The notes: generated from the letters alone by a model not told the origin. Shown: positions 37,201-47,442, counted from the stretch's first letter. The stretch: 64,000 nucleotides of DNA from Acidobacteriota bacterium (GCA_029263375.1 JAJCXP010000366.1:2402-66401); one strand, 5' to 3'. Made by a program: numbers and translations.

Positions 37201-39793
37201 TGGGCGTGGAGAAAGCATCGGCTTCCTTGGCGGCCACTCCCGCCGTAGATGAAAGAAGATCTGCGAGCGACTCGCCGACACCGGGAGCGTCTGGGTCAGG
37301 AACGAAGAGCCGGACGTCGTAACGGATGTTGGCGAAGGCTGGTTGCTTCTGGAGCTGCAGCAGCATGGCAGCCAGCACGTTCGCCCGGCCCGCGTTGAAG
37401 GCGTTGACCACTAGGGTCCGCACGTAGGGGTGCTGAACGAGGTAGCGCAGCGCGCGCGACGCTAGGTACGTGCCGTCAATGGCGGCGCCTCCGATGGCCG
37501 GCTCGGGTAGGCCCAGCGCAGCGCACACGTCTCCCACGAGACTGCGCGGGTCTTCCTCGCGCGGCGGTGCGTACAGAGTCCAGAAGGGGTGGAGGTTGTC
37601 GATAGCCGTCAGTAGCCGACCCGCCGTCGTGGGGAGGACCGGGGGGAAACTCACCGGTGCCAGGAGGCACAGAAGTGCCTCCCGTGTTGGCACCGCGAAT
37701 TCCCTCGGAGCTGTCTTGGCTTCTAGGAGCCAGAGCTCGGACAACTCTGCCCAGGCTGCCATCCAAAGCGCCCGGAGCGGGTGCGTCGGCGCTACGAGAG
37801 CCGCCTCTCTCCGGCGGCCTCGGTGATCGCGAATCGCAAGGGTGATGCTGTCTATGGAGAGCATGTGCCGCAGATCGGCCAGTGCCAGCTTCGTCCCGCT
37901 GCCGCCCCTGGACTCAGCTCGATGGAGAAGCTCCTTAATGACTCGGGTATAGGCGTCCGCGTACTCGGTGATGAGCGGGCGAAGTGCCCGCAGGTCAGCC
38001 CCTTGGGTGACGAGTTCCTTGGTCCCTGATTGAACCGCTTCGAAGTACAGTTCTCTGGCAACGAGGAAGCGGCTCACAGCCTCTCCTTCGGGCCAACGTA
38101 CCGACTCACCGGTGGCTTGGCCTGCAGAGCCCATCGAAATCGGAATCCGCCAGCCAATGGGGCCGTCCGCCGCCCTGAGAATCCTCTGCTCCAGGATCTT
38201 GAGTGGGCGGCTCACCGGCACATTAATCGTGCCCCCGTGCCCGAGCCTGACCTCGAGCACGTCGGCTGTGGCAGCTCGAGCCCGCGACCTGCCCTCTGCC
38301 CATTCGACGGACTTGACCACGATGGCGTCGGGATCCCGGCCGTCGATGAGCGCGGTGAAGCGGGCTCGCGTGCGAGCGTGGACCAGACTGGCCTCGCGCT
38401 GCACGGCCCGCTGAGGCGGATCGACGTCCACCTCGCCATCTGGGAGTACATAAAAGAGGTCGCTCTCGTTCGGGCGGGGGGTAATCTCGTCCTCGTCGAC
38501 GGCCCAGGGGAGCGGGTTGCCTGCAGCGTCCACCAGCGGAATGAGATCGCCCTCTTCGGTCTGGGCGAGCACACGCACGAAGTGCCAGCCTTCCTCCCAG
38601 TCAACGCGCCCCAGCTTGGAGAAGCTCACGTTGGCGGCGGTGCGACTGGACTTCCAGACGGACTTGCTCCTAACGAGGCCCACCGGGCCGTGCTCCTTGG
38701 AGATCACCTGCGCGATGAGCTTGCCCAGGCCCTGGACCTTGGCCGGGTGCGGATCAACGCGGAAAGTGACGTTGAACTTGGCGAGGCTCCGCTTCCCGAG
38801 CGGGAGCACCCGCTGACCGATGAGCCGCCCGAAGCGCTTGTCCTCCTCGTCGCCTTGGACAACCGGCAGGTTGGTTTCGACATCGCCGATGAAGATGCTG
38901 TCGGGCTCTTCGCCGCCGTCGTCGAACTCCCAGCGATTAAAGGCCAGCCCCCACAGGCTTCGGTCCAGCACGATAGACCGCGTCCAGCTGCGCGGGTCCT
39001 CAACGCCGGCCTTGGCAAGGAAGTTCCCGAGCTGGATGCGGAACCCGCGGTTTGCCAGGCCCAGGTCCAGCACGCGTCCTCTCTCGGACTTGGCCGACCA
39101 TGTGAGTTTCGTGACGCAATCCTGGTTGCGCGTCACCCGAGCAGGCGCTTTTTCAGGGTACGCGAGCAGCTCGAAATCTGGCACGAGAGACAGCTCGTAG
39201 AGCGCACCTCCGAGCGCTTCCGCGTCGTACCCGTTGACCTTTGCGGTCAGCAGGAACCGCACCACGGCGACAGGATCGGCGAAGGGCCATGGCGGCACGG
39301 CATCGGTTAGGCGTCGCAGCGCCTCGCTGACTGCTCCACGGAGACCAGGCTCTAGCTCTCCCAGGAGCTGGGCACGCAGCTCGCCATACACGTCGCTGAT
39401 CGCGACATCCTCGAATGTGGCAACACCGAACGAATCCTCGGCTGCCGTCCGGATCTCTGGCGGGATGAACGCGAGCAGGGGTGGCCGCTGCGCTCCGTCC
39501 GGCAGTGGGTTGCGCAGCTCGACGAGCTTGGTGGCACTGACGGTGAGCTCCGGGGGCGTTGAAGGCCTTCGTCCGTCTCCCAGGATGACAACTTCGGCGG
39601 CTGGCACCTCAGCGCGGAGACGGCCGCACAACCGCACCATCACATCCACGTCCAGGTCGGCGATGCGCATGCAATGGCCGGCCGTCCGAGAACGAAGGCG
39701 CTCTGCCAGCTGCGGGAGCAGCATACGCTCGAGCTCAGCGGACACGTCGTAGGGCTGGAGCTCACGTAACCCCACTTGTCCAGCGCGGCTCAC
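34208..39793 (-). CDS. mad8: MADS ATP-binding protein (C-terminal HerA/DndH-like ATPase, central nuclease-like motif)
   Basis: 1861 aa; KRTDL..LVEVKC; GVQGGGKS; VVFDEAH; VASQ; last gene of the operon. Confidence 0.82.
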   Translation of the reverse strand: MSRAGQVGLRELQPYDVSAELERMLLPQLAERLRSRTAGHCMRIADLDVDVMVRLCGRLRAEVPAAEVVILGDGRRPSTPPELTVSATKLVELRNPLPDGAQRPPLLAFIPPEIRTAAEDSFGVATFEDVAISDVYGELRAQLLGELEPGLRGAVSEALRRLTDAVPPWPFADPVAVVRFLLTAKVNGYDAEALGGALYELSLVPDFELLAYPEKAPARVTRNQDCVTKLTWSAKSERGRVLDLGLANRGFRIQLGNFLAKAGVEDPRSWTRSIVLDRSLWGLAFNRWEFDDGGEEPDSIFIGDVETNLPVVQGDEEDKRFGRLIGQRVLPLGKRSLAKFNVTFRVDPHPAKVQGLGKLIAQVISKEHGPVGLVRSKSVWKSSRTAANVSFSKLGRVDWEEGWHFVRVLAQTEEGDLIPLVDAAGNPLPWAVDEDEITPRPNESDLFYVLPDGEVDVDPPQRAVQREASLVHARTRARFTALIDGRDPDAIVVKSVEWAEGRSRARAATADVLEVRLGHGGTINVPVSRPLKILEQRILRAADGPIGWRIPISMGSAGQATGESVRWPEGEAVSRFLVARELYFEAVQSGTKELVTQGADLRALRPLITEYADAYTRVIKELLHRAESRGGSGTKLALADLRHMLSIDSITLAIRDHRGRRREAALVAPTHPLRALWMAAWAELSELWLLEAKTAPREFAVPTREALLCLLAPVSFPPVLPTTAGRLLTAIDNLHPFWTLYAPPREEDPRSLVGDVCAALGLPEPAIGGAAIDGTYLASRALRYLVQHPYVRTLVVNAFNAGRANVLAAMLLQLQKQPAFANIRYDVRLFVPDPDAPGVGESLADLLSSTAGVAAKEADAFSTPTESHLRPKLALAIRPTTDFRRAPEEHAAHLSLLFDLFPAEEVGAARASAEEATAPIHGLVQDFLVDYREDETTVAWARQPRHGLALPLAGAEELTDLLSTVPALISSAAATVATGETGLGLRPVTKLVLDAEDRAILHKVHEVSDWVLTIDRNMGIEFFDHGGRFGRPEYLIDHSPDLAGGLGHRLVITSRSVAELEAMLKPVLEEYCLKADGRHAVAILDQLRSLSGRLALKLISSPSQRAEALGLALSRMYLEHQGVFQNQIVVPLDAHLDLYRALKKSADELGDEVSFKRTDLALFDLDAQARIITCRLVEVKCYKQVGDIGAFNQLKDSIAEQIAQSEEMLGYHFDPRRGPVDRPDRLVKMRELVTLLEFYLDRAIRYGVMSEAAADEARFFLRSLESGYRLDFTRAAIIFDFDKPGTEPPEHESGIEHHRIGADLIQQLIDAALPEPSLDEVAVDAAEDVVLMRPGTSSTTQLSARRERAPSVPALDEAAFLAQSRDRSVSWEDLRARHTLGEESLASTASEAEDSDPADGRDGGSGPVAPPTVASATEPQSVTPELDKLTNEDSVPTSPIAEPDPPTSGEPKAPGVRDWPPYDVLIGATGASPQYGILGELAARKVALDLNETHTISLFGVQGGGKSYTLGTIAEMASLPIPHINELPQPLATVIFHYSPTMDYEPEFTSMVAPNSNEGQIALLRERFGAKPKALSDVVLLVPADKLDQRRREYEGIEVQPLKFAAAELQTSHWRFLMGAVGNQATYIRLLNRVMKSLRHDLTLASLRQGIEGSPLPDHLKDMARLRLDLAAEYIDDSVRLAEIIRPGRLIIVDLRDEFIEKDEALGLFVVLLQLFADARHDGKAFNKLVVFDEAHKYIESPDLVAGLVEVVREMRHKGTSIMVASQDPPSVPVSLIELSSQIILHKFNSPAWLKHIQKANAALRGLTPDKMAHLRPGEAYLWSSQSTDEAFSNGAIKVKCRPRVTEHGGATKTAVGGPDS

Positions 39794-41481
39794 GGCTGAC
39801 CTCCTTCACTCGAGGTGTCGGTAGGCGAGCCGTTACGACCGATCCGGTAACGGGGAACAACCGTCTGGGTGACGTAGGCGTCGGATAGGTCCTGGTAAAA
39901 GCCGACGTCCCGAAGACGCGCCATGAAGGCCTCCAGATTGGACCGTAGCGCGGCGCGATCCGCGATCGACGGAGCGTCGAAGCCGTCTCCATGGGGCAGC
40001 CGATCGATATGCAGGCCGTAGCGCTCGCGCAGGAAAGTCAACAGCGCGTCGATGCGAAGCTCACCGGTGTAGTAGCCCAGCGCTCCTCCCGGTCGCAGAA
40101 CGGCGATCTGAAGCAGCACCTCTAGGAGGCGGCTGTCGAGTACGAACCGGCGCGGTGCTTTCTTGACGCGGGGTTGAGCGATGACGGCACCGGCGCGGTT
40201 CTTCAGCAGAAGCGAGTCGATGCATTCGGTAATGTACTGGCGGTGGAACCGGCCACGCAGCGCGACGAGCATCTCGATGTAGGTCTCGAACTCGTCTAGA
40301 CCCATCTCGGTAACAGCCTTCAGCTCGGGGTCCAGGTCGGCGTCAGGCGCACCGCTGGAGTCTTGGATGAGCCCGTAAACCCGCTGGCCGAAGAACTTCT
40401 CGCGCTCGGCTTTGTGCATCGGCTCGAGGAGCTGGTGGACCTCGGCCACAGTGAAAGTCCCGCTAGGCGGGCTGGTCAGCTTGCCTCGACGCACGAGGTC
40501 GGTGGCGAACTCGTCGAGCTTCCGCGTCGCGAAATAGGCCTTTACGAAGGAGGGAACGCGGCGGTAGTGCATGTCAGCGCTCCGCTCGGCGAGCACCGCC
40601 ATGGTGGTGCCAGGCTGGCTCACGACGTCCAGCAGCAGCCCTACGCGATGCGGGCAGTCACCATGGGGATCGTCCGCGCTTTTCGAGTTCATGGGACAGG
40701 CGGCGCAGGTCGGGTCCTCACCCTTCCGCCGGACTAGCGCCGGCAGCAGCTTGAACAAGCGGAGGTGGTAGAGAGCCAAGTGAAAAGAGAACAGCACCTT
40801 CAGGTAATCGACCATCACCGATCGCGGCACGAAGCGCTGGTAGAAGAGGAGCCGCATCACGTCCTCGGCTAGCAGGTCCGCAGCCCCGACGCAGAGCGGC
40901 GGGTGGCTCTCGCGCCCCGCGCGGGTGTCCGCCGCGTCGTCCACCTGGTCGAGCAAGCGCAGCAGCGCCTGCGTCTCCACGTCGAGAATCGCCCCCTGGT
41001 CGGCACGCCCGGTGACTTTGTCGTGACCCTGGAAGAAAAAGTGGTCGAGGTGCTCGAGCGCCTTCTGCCCAGCCCCGCCGCGGGCGCCGGAGATCAGGTC
41101 ATAGAGGTGCTGCGCGGCGCCGTAGTCACGAGAGTGCTTTGGGTTGCGGAAGCGATAAGTGAATCCGTGCAACGGTCGTGGCGCGGCGATAGCCTGGTTG
41201 GCCTTGCCCCGATTGACCACGTCCATCAAATGAGTCTCGATCCAACGGAACAAGATGTCACGATGGTCGGCAAACCCGGTGAACCACTCGGGGTGCTCGA
41301 GGAACTCCTCCACGAAGGCCTCAGTCGACAGCTCAGCCTTGCGTCGTAGCCGACTCGGGAAGCCGTTGTGGGCCAAGCGCGCAAAAAAGGCCGTCAAGAC
41401 CCGGTCCATCTCGAGCTGCTTGAAGTCGAGGTGACTGATCTTGGGGAGACGAAACTCCCGGTCGCGCTTCGACAAAGCCAT
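39790..41481 (-). CDS. mad7: MADS protein 7 (DndG-like position)
   Basis: 563 aa, coupled between the kinase and ATPase genes; C-terminal FLRERYG..RLRDVGFYQDLSDA. Confidence 0.78.
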   Translation of the reverse strand: MALSKRDREFRLPKISHLDFKQLEMDRVLTAFFARLAHNGFPSRLRRKAELSTEAFVEEFLEHPEWFTGFADHRDILFRWIETHLMDVVNRGKANQAIAAPRPLHGFTYRFRNPKHSRDYGAAQHLYDLISGARGGAGQKALEHLDHFFFQGHDKVTGRADQGAILDVETQALLRLLDQVDDAADTRAGRESHPPLCVGAADLLAEDVMRLLFYQRFVPRSVMVDYLKVLFSFHLALYHLRLFKLLPALVRRKGEDPTCAACPMNSKSADDPHGDCPHRVGLLLDVVSQPGTTMAVLAERSADMHYRRVPSFVKAYFATRKLDEFATDLVRRGKLTSPPSGTFTVAEVHQLLEPMHKAEREKFFGQRVYGLIQDSSGAPDADLDPELKAVTEMGLDEFETYIEMLVALRGRFHRQYITECIDSLLLKNRAGAVIAQPRVKKAPRRFVLDSRLLEVLLQIAVLRPGGALGYYTGELRIDALLTFLRERYGLHIDRLPHGDGFDAPSIADRAALRSNLEAFMARLRDVGFYQDLSDAYVTQTVVPRYRIGRNGSPTDTSSEGGQP

Positions 41482-44400
41482 CAGACCACGTCCGCCGGGA
41501 GCGCCACCGGCGCAGTATCGACAGGTCCGAGAGCCTTCATCTCCAGGCGGCCGTCGCCGTGGCGCTCGATACGGTAGAAATCGTGGCCGGTCGTCGTCAA
41601 TAGGACCTCCTGGTACGGCTCGGAGCCGAGCAGATTCTTGAAGACAGCGAGGCTCAGGTAATGCCCCTGCTCCTCCTCAATGCTCGGTCGGTAGCCCTCA
41701 CCCACCCGCTCCAGCATCTCAAAGACGTCGAGGTTGATCTGGATTTCTGCCTCGTTCCCGGCCTCACCCCGGTAGCGCAAGACCAGGCCGATAGGCATGT
41801 GCTCGATGAAGAGCGCGCTGCCGGCAGAGTCGCTGATAGCCAACGAGAATCGCTCGGGTGGGAACACGCGGTAGCTGCGCACCGTGCCGCGTTCTACCTC
41901 CCGCACACGCAGCGCAAGCCTTCCGTCGAGGCGGCCGGGGTCGCTCAACCCCTCTCCGCGGTTAATAGCCCGGAGGATCCGCGGAAGCACCTCATGCAAT
42001 GGTGCCTCGCCCCGCACCAGGCCCAACATCTGCTCGGCGGAGCGGTAGGGGAGCATCTGGCGCCAGCCGGAGTCCCGCCGCTCGAAGAAGGCGCGGCGCC
42101 GGACCATTTCCACATACCCCTGGTGCGCGCCAAGGCGGTGCTCGGTGGGTCGGCCTGAATAGTCACGGGGGAGGTCGTCGAACAGACGCTGGATCACCTC
42201 GCGGTCGTAGTCGGCGCGGCGGGCAAAGCGGAACAGACTTCGGTCGACGACGGGCGACACGAAGTCTATGGCCCGGTCGAACCGCGGATCGCTGACGTGG
42301 CCAACATCGACCTCCTGGAGTAACGCGAGCAACCGATCGGCGTTGGCCGTATCGCCGCCCATCCAGGAGTTGAAGTAAAAGCCCTGGACCACGGCCGCCC
42401 GGTCACCTGCCTTGTAGAGATCGTGGATGGCCTGGCAGTCGCGTGTTCCGGCCAGCATGTATGCGACGGCAGAGCGTAGATCCCTCATCGTGATGTGGAG
42501 TCGACCACGCAGATGCGTGATCGCGTAGAGGGTCTTGAGGCGCTCGATGACCTTGTGTCCCGCGGTCTCGTCCTGGAAGGTCCGCGCATTGTGGAGTACG
42601 TAGCAGCGCTCCTTCAGGTCACAGCTGTTGCAGGGCTCCCAAAAGGCCTCGTGCGTCAGCCGGCGAATGAGCCTCGCGAAGATCGACTCGTCGCCGCCCT
42701 TGGGATCCCCTTCGAAGAGCTCCAGACCACCGGTGGCGGTCACAACGCTGCGGAGGTTGAGGTTGACGACCGCCACGCGGTGCTCTGGCGTGCCGCTGAC
42801 CAACCCCACGCGAACTACTCGTTCGAGGAGCGGGAAGCGCTCGCGCTCCGTGGTGAGGAAGTCGACGAGGCGGCCTTCGTTGATGGCGATGAGGCGGACC
42901 TCGTCGTCTGGCCAGGCGTCCGCGTCCGCGCCGGCGAACGGCGCAAAGAAGTCCCCGAGAACCTCGTCGCTCTTCTGGTCGCCCTCGTCCTGGCTGCCGT
43001 CGTAGTTGGTCAAGTAGGTCCGGTCTTGAAGTCGAAACCGGCGGCCGTTGACTAGCGGCGGGTCAAAGGCCGCCTGGTTGCCATGAGCCCGCTGCTCCAG
43101 CCGCTGCAGGAATGCGGTCTTGCCGTCGCCGGCGTTGCCCGTGATCAACACTAGCCGGAACTCTCCGCGGAGAACCGCGGGCTCCAGCTGCCGGTCGAGC
43201 GCGGTCTCGACGTAGGTTCTCTCACCAAGCGCGTCCAGTCCGCGTGTGCCCACGTTGCTCTGTTGGCTCTGGCTATAGAGCGTCAACAGGCGGGCGACAA
43301 AGGGGTTGGTATTGGGGGGCGTCGAGCCACCGTCGTCGAGCCCGACGGTGGCCCAGGTCTCGGTGGTTTCGGATCTGGCCCGCCGGGCTTGCTGGACTCC
43401 GGCGAGCGATGCCTGCAACTCAGCGATGGACGCGAAGCGGTCGGCGCGCTTCGGCGCGATGGCCTTCACCGCGACTTCGGCGAGCTCGGGTGCCAAATCC
43501 GAGAGCCCGGAGATTGAGCGGGGGTCCAAGGGTGGCTCACCCGGCGGCGGCGTCGCGGCCAGCCAAGGGTATGCCCCCGTGATCGCTTCGTAGAGTGTTA
43601 CCCCGAGAGCGTAAAGGTCGCGATCGGCGAGGTCCGAAGGGCGCGGAACGGCGTTGAGATCGATGTCAGGCGGCAGGTAGCGCCGGGAACCGCCGCCGCG
43701 TCCATTGTCAGCGGCGGCGAGCACGGACACGTTGAAGTCGATGATCCTCACGCCACGGTCGGTCCAGATCAGGTTCCGCGGCTTGATGTCGCAGTGGTAT
43801 ACGCCGTGCCTGTGCAGGTGGGCGAGCCCCTCGGCTACCTGGCGGGCTAGCTCGAGCGCGTCCTCGGGGGCGAAGAGACCGCCCTCGACCATCTCGCCGA
43901 CATCCAGCCCCTCGATGTACTCGAAGACGATGAATGGCGGCCCGCCGCGCGGCAGCAGATCGGCGTCGATGACCTTCACGACGTTCGGGTGCTCGGGCAC
44001 ACGGAGCAACGTCCGGTACTCCTTCTTGAGGCGGTCGAGTGTCGAGTGGCGGTCGCGCAGGATGAGCTTCATCGCGCGCGAGACATCGCCGAGGGTATCG
44101 ATGACCTTGTAGACCACTCCGAATGAGCCGGGGCGGCCGAGGCGGCGATCCACCAGGTACTTGTGCGTCAGATGCGTACCCGGCGCGAGCTGGCTGTAGT
44201 CGACCTCGGGCCGAGGCTCGGTCTCTGGCTCGGGCGCTGTCGGCTCGTTCTCCGCGCTTGCCTCCGCAGCCAGCAGCGTCGCCAGCTCGGTAGCGGCCTT
44301 TCCCGCGGTCGGACGCCGGTCCGGGTCGAAGGCGCAAAGCCGCTGCAGCCAGTTGTCGAAAGCGCTGGCCTGACCGCTTTCCGATGCGTTTCCGTCCCCG

Positions 44401-45707
44401 CCCCGTGGGGTCGCCAGCTCCGGCCGATGCTCCGAGGGCTTCACCGAGAACACGCCGCCCTGATCAAAGACCTCGGTGGGACTGGCGAAAGGCTTATCGC
44501 CGGTGAAGAGCTCGTAGAGCACGAGCCCGGCGCTGAACACGTCAGAGGCCGCGCTCGCTTTCTGGGGCTCCCGGAATGCCTCGGGAGCCGTGTACAGGGG
44601 CTCCAGCTCGTCGACGATCTCGTGCGCGATGGTGCGGGAGCGATCGGTGCCTGCGCGGGCGAAGTCGAAGCCGATGAGCCGCACGCGCTCGTCAGTGCCG
44701 ATCAGAATCGTGCTCGGTGTCAGGTTGCGATGAACGACGTCGTGCTGATGCGCGTGAGCCAGGGCACCGAGCAGTTCCGACGCCACGCGCAGCTTCTGAT
44801 CAAGAGTGAGCGCAAGGTTTGCCTTGTCGATGTGCACGCGTAATGCCTGGCCGCGGACATCCTCGGTAACCAGAACGAAACGATCCTCGTGCTCGTCTAC
44901 AGGGGCGAAGTCCCGTACCCCCACGATAGCGGGATGCCCGGGCATCTGGTTTAGCGCGTTGTAGGCGTTAGCGATCCGGGCCCGCTGCTGGGCAATCTCA
45001 CCTGGGTCCGTGAGATACGGGTCTGCCTTGTAGACTCGCAGCAGGATGCGCCCCGAGCGCTTGCCGGCGAAGGTATTGAATCCGCGGTATTCCGTATACG
45101 CGTCGGTCCCACCGAGGCGCTCCTCGACCTCCCAGTTGCCGAAGCGCAGCGGCCCGGTGCGAGGCCGTGCCACACCCTGGAGCGCCTTGAGCACCATGCT
45201 GTGCAGGATGCTGATGTTCTTGGAGAAGCGACCGCCGATCCGGGCAGCGTTCTGGAATAGCCCGGGAGCCTTGAGGAGTGTGGTGACGCTCGGCGCGTCT
45301 CGACCGCTGGGATCCTGGAGCACGGCCCCGGGGGACGCGAGCAGCACCACCGCATCGACATAGACTCCTTCGAGGTCGCGACGCCCACGCTGGCTATCAG
45401 TGATGATTCCCTTGAGGCTACGCGCGTGGGCGCGGAGTTTGATGAGCGGCGAAGTGTAGGGCTGCCGTCCGTCCGGGTGCCACTTGGGCCCGTAGACGTC
45501 GATGAGCCCGCGCGTGCCCTTCACGTCGACCAGGTACACCGCGTGCGGGGCGATGACTGCCAGGTCCACCTCGAAGAGCTCTCCGCCGCGCACGATCTCG
45601 AAGTTGTGGACGAGCAAGTAGCCGTCCGGAAGGCGGTCCCGTAGGTGGCGAATGGCCCGGCGCTCGGCCTCGTTGACCGGCTCGCCGATGGGGATCACTC
45701 TTGCCAT
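41481..45707 (-). CDS. mad6: MADS NERD nuclease / tandem kinase / P-loop ATPase protein
   Basis: NERD (EVDL..VDVKG); kinase-like 1 (HRNLTP..GFDFAR); kinase 2 (HCDIKPRN, IIDFN); GNAGDGKT; CxxC. Confidence 0.88.
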   Translation of the reverse strand: MARVIPIGEPVNEAERRAIRHLRDRLPDGYLLVHNFEIVRGGELFEVDLAVIAPHAVYLVDVKGTRGLIDVYGPKWHPDGRQPYTSPLIKLRAHARSLKGIITDSQRGRRDLEGVYVDAVVLLASPGAVLQDPSGRDAPSVTTLLKAPGLFQNAARIGGRFSKNISILHSMVLKALQGVARPRTGPLRFGNWEVEERLGGTDAYTEYRGFNTFAGKRSGRILLRVYKADPYLTDPGEIAQQRARIANAYNALNQMPGHPAIVGVRDFAPVDEHEDRFVLVTEDVRGQALRVHIDKANLALTLDQKLRVASELLGALAHAHQHDVVHRNLTPSTILIGTDERVRLIGFDFARAGTDRSRTIAHEIVDELEPLYTAPEAFREPQKASAASDVFSAGLVLYELFTGDKPFASPTEVFDQGGVFSVKPSEHRPELATPRGGDGNASESGQASAFDNWLQRLCAFDPDRRPTAGKAATELATLLAAEASAENEPTAPEPETEPRPEVDYSQLAPGTHLTHKYLVDRRLGRPGSFGVVYKVIDTLGDVSRAMKLILRDRHSTLDRLKKEYRTLLRVPEHPNVVKVIDADLLPRGGPPFIVFEYIEGLDVGEMVEGGLFAPEDALELARQVAEGLAHLHRHGVYHCDIKPRNLIWTDRGVRIIDFNVSVLAAADNGRGGGSRRYLPPDIDLNAVPRPSDLADRDLYALGVTLYEAITGAYPWLAATPPPGEPPLDPRSISGLSDLAPELAEVAVKAIAPKRADRFASIAELQASLAGVQQARRARSETTETWATVGLDDGGSTPPNTNPFVARLLTLYSQSQQSNVGTRGLDALGERTYVETALDRQLEPAVLRGEFRLVLITGNAGDGKTAFLQRLEQRAHGNQAAFDPPLVNGRRFRLQDRTYLTNYDGSQDEGDQKSDEVLGDFFAPFAGADADAWPDDEVRLIAINEGRLVDFLTTERERFPLLERVVRVGLVSGTPEHRVAVVNLNLRSVVTATGGLELFEGDPKGGDESIFARLIRRLTHEAFWEPCNSCDLKERCYVLHNARTFQDETAGHKVIERLKTLYAITHLRGRLHITMRDLRSAVAYMLAGTRDCQAIHDLYKAGDRAAVVQGFYFNSWMGGDTANADRLLALLQEVDVGHVSDPRFDRAIDFVSPVVDRSLFRFARRADYDREVIQRLFDDLPRDYSGRPTEHRLGAHQGYVEMVRRRAFFERRDSGWRQMLPYRSAEQMLGLVRGEAPLHEVLPRILRAINRGEGLSDPGRLDGRLALRVREVERGTVRSYRVFPPERFSLAISDSAGSALFIEHMPIGLVLRYRGEAGNEAEIQINLDVFEMLERVGEGYRPSIEEEQGHYLSLAVFKNLLGSEPYQEVLLTTTGHDFYRIERHGDGRLEMKALGPVDTAPVALPADVV

Positions 45708-45758
45708 CAGGCGGCCTCCTCGATAGCGGCCTCGACGAGGGAGACTGCTTCGTCTTCG
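45637..45758. repeat. Imperfect direct repeat (mad5 end plus mad6 start), copy 1
   Basis: About 105/122 identical to 47321-47442 by manual count. Confidence 0.9.
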
Positions 45759-47110
45759 GCTGCCGTCGCACGAATCCGAGCCTCGAAGGCGTCTTGTACC
45801 CGTTTGTCCACGTTTTCCATGAAATCCTCAGGCGCCCGGACGATGGGGACGCTGGCCAGAAAGGAAGGCCAGAGCGCCGGAACCGACGCCCCGGTCATGG
45901 TCCTCGTGAGCAGCGGGTACCCGATGCTCGGTGCAGCCAAGTACGCGAAGAGATATCCTGCCGGGACTTGGTCTCCCTTCGGGACAATCCGAATCACATG
46001 ATCGGACGTCGCCGCACCATCCAGCGCCGCATCCACGAACTGGGGGCGGCCAATGATGCCACCTAGCTGCCCGGACCTCGCCAGAAGCACCCACCCCGTG
46101 TGGATGATGTACTTGTAGAGGTCCTTTGTCCGCCTCCGGGAGAGATGCTTGTCCGCCTTGCGGTTGAGCCGGAACAGCTCTCCGCTTGTGAAGAACGGGA
46201 TCCCGTACCCCGCATCTACGTAGATGTGCTTGAAAAGCGGGACATCGAAGACGTCGGCTATCAGGCCGAGTTCCCAGAAGCCGCTCGCATGCGTGGTCGC
46301 CCAGCGGTCGAGCATTGTCGCCACGGGGTTATGGAAGAAAGCATCAAAGCGACGGGAAGAACTCAGTGCGCCGACACTGACTCCATGCCCGAACCGATGG
46401 ATGTCTGACTCCCTAGGCGGAGGCGTTGGCGGACAGAGTCGGCGCTCAACCTCAGCGACGACTCCCGCCAGCCTCCTTGCTGCCGCGGTCCGCAGCCTTG
46501 CGGCTTCGCTCACCAGTTCGTGTGCTCGCCTTTCGGTTGTGTCCGCCAGTCGCGGCACCGGAAGGTCGTAGATTCTGGCGGGCGGCAGGAATGGAACAGT
46601 CCCGCCCGTCGTCCCCACAGCTACAATGGCGACTCCAAGACGCGACGCCAGGAATGCGAACAAGTAGCCGGGCCTAATCTTGCTTCGGTCAGGCACGACT
46701 TTCATCACGTTGTCCGACCCGACTTTCCCAGCCATGTCCGGTCGGACGAAGGCTACCCGTCCGACCGTGCCATACGAGGTAATGAGGGTCGTGCCTTCCT
46801 CCAACAACATGAACGGCATCGCCGTGGCTTGGCTTCTCGCGATGAGCGGAGCCGAGCTGATGTCTGCTGCCAACATCTCGGAACCAGAGAGCAGCGCGAC
46901 GCCGTGGTCAGGCGAGTCTGTATACCGCCGCGCGAACCGCGGTCCGTTGAAGATCCCCTCCTTGCCACCCCTAGTAAGGTGCGAGAGGCCTGTAGTCCGA
47001 AGCCGCCTCAGAGTCGCCCGCGCTTCGCGGGCTGCAGAAAGGTACGGGGCCGCAGACAAGCGATGACCTGACTCGAGTAGCCAGTCACTCGGCACAGACT
47101 TGTCCCTCAT
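45707..47110 (-). CDS. mad5: MADS HsdS-like specificity subunit, copy b
   Basis: Two TRD-like halves (IFNGPRFAR..GYLFAFLAS; FDVPLFKH..GYLFAYLA); ATG at 47110 overlaps the upstream TGA. Confidence 0.85.
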   Translation of the reverse strand: MRDKSVPSDWLLESGHRLSAAPYLSAAREARATLRRLRTTGLSHLTRGGKEGIFNGPRFARRYTDSPDHGVALLSGSEMLAADISSAPLIARSQATAMPFMLLEEGTTLITSYGTVGRVAFVRPDMAGKVGSDNVMKVVPDRSKIRPGYLFAFLASRLGVAIVAVGTTGGTVPFLPPARIYDLPVPRLADTTERRAHELVSEAARLRTAAARRLAGVVAEVERRLCPPTPPPRESDIHRFGHGVSVGALSSSRRFDAFFHNPVATMLDRWATTHASGFWELGLIADVFDVPLFKHIYVDAGYGIPFFTSGELFRLNRKADKHLSRRRTKDLYKYIIHTGWVLLARSGQLGGIIGRPQFVDAALDGAATSDHVIRIVPKGDQVPAGYLFAYLAAPSIGYPLLTRTMTGASVPALWPSFLASVPIVRAPEDFMENVDKRVQDAFEARIRATAAEDEAVSLVEAAIEEAA

Positions 47111-47391
47111 GCCCCGTCCCGCGGGCACCACCGCCGTAGTGTGTCGAATAGCGAGGGACCCCTGCAGGGTGAGGTGGCGCTCAGCGCCTCCCAACCGCCA
47201 GTGCGCTGGGGCGCGGCCCCGAGAGCCGTGAGTGGCACGACTGCATCGACGGATACCCCCAGCCTTTCGCCGAGAGCGGTTTCGGAGTTAAGCATGAGGA
47301 GCTGGTCGCCCGACAGGTGATCCCGTAGGTGGCAAATGGTCCGTCGCTCGGCCTCATTGACCGGCTTGCCGATGGGGATCACCGTCGCCAT
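47107..47391 (-). pseudogene. In-frame chimeric relic ORF (mad6 fragments plus mad4 C-terminus) linking the two mad5 genes
   Basis: aa1-41 resemble Mad6 1-41; aa45-73 resemble Mad6 114-142; the end LRRWCPRDGA* resembles Mad4 IRRWFPQEAGA*. Confidence 0.8.
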
Positions 47392-47442
47392 CAGGCGGCT
47401 TCCTCGATGGCGCTCTCAACGAGGTCGACAGCTTCGTCCTCG
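47321..47442. repeat. Imperfect direct repeat, copy 2
   Basis: Matches 45637-45758. Confidence 0.9.
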
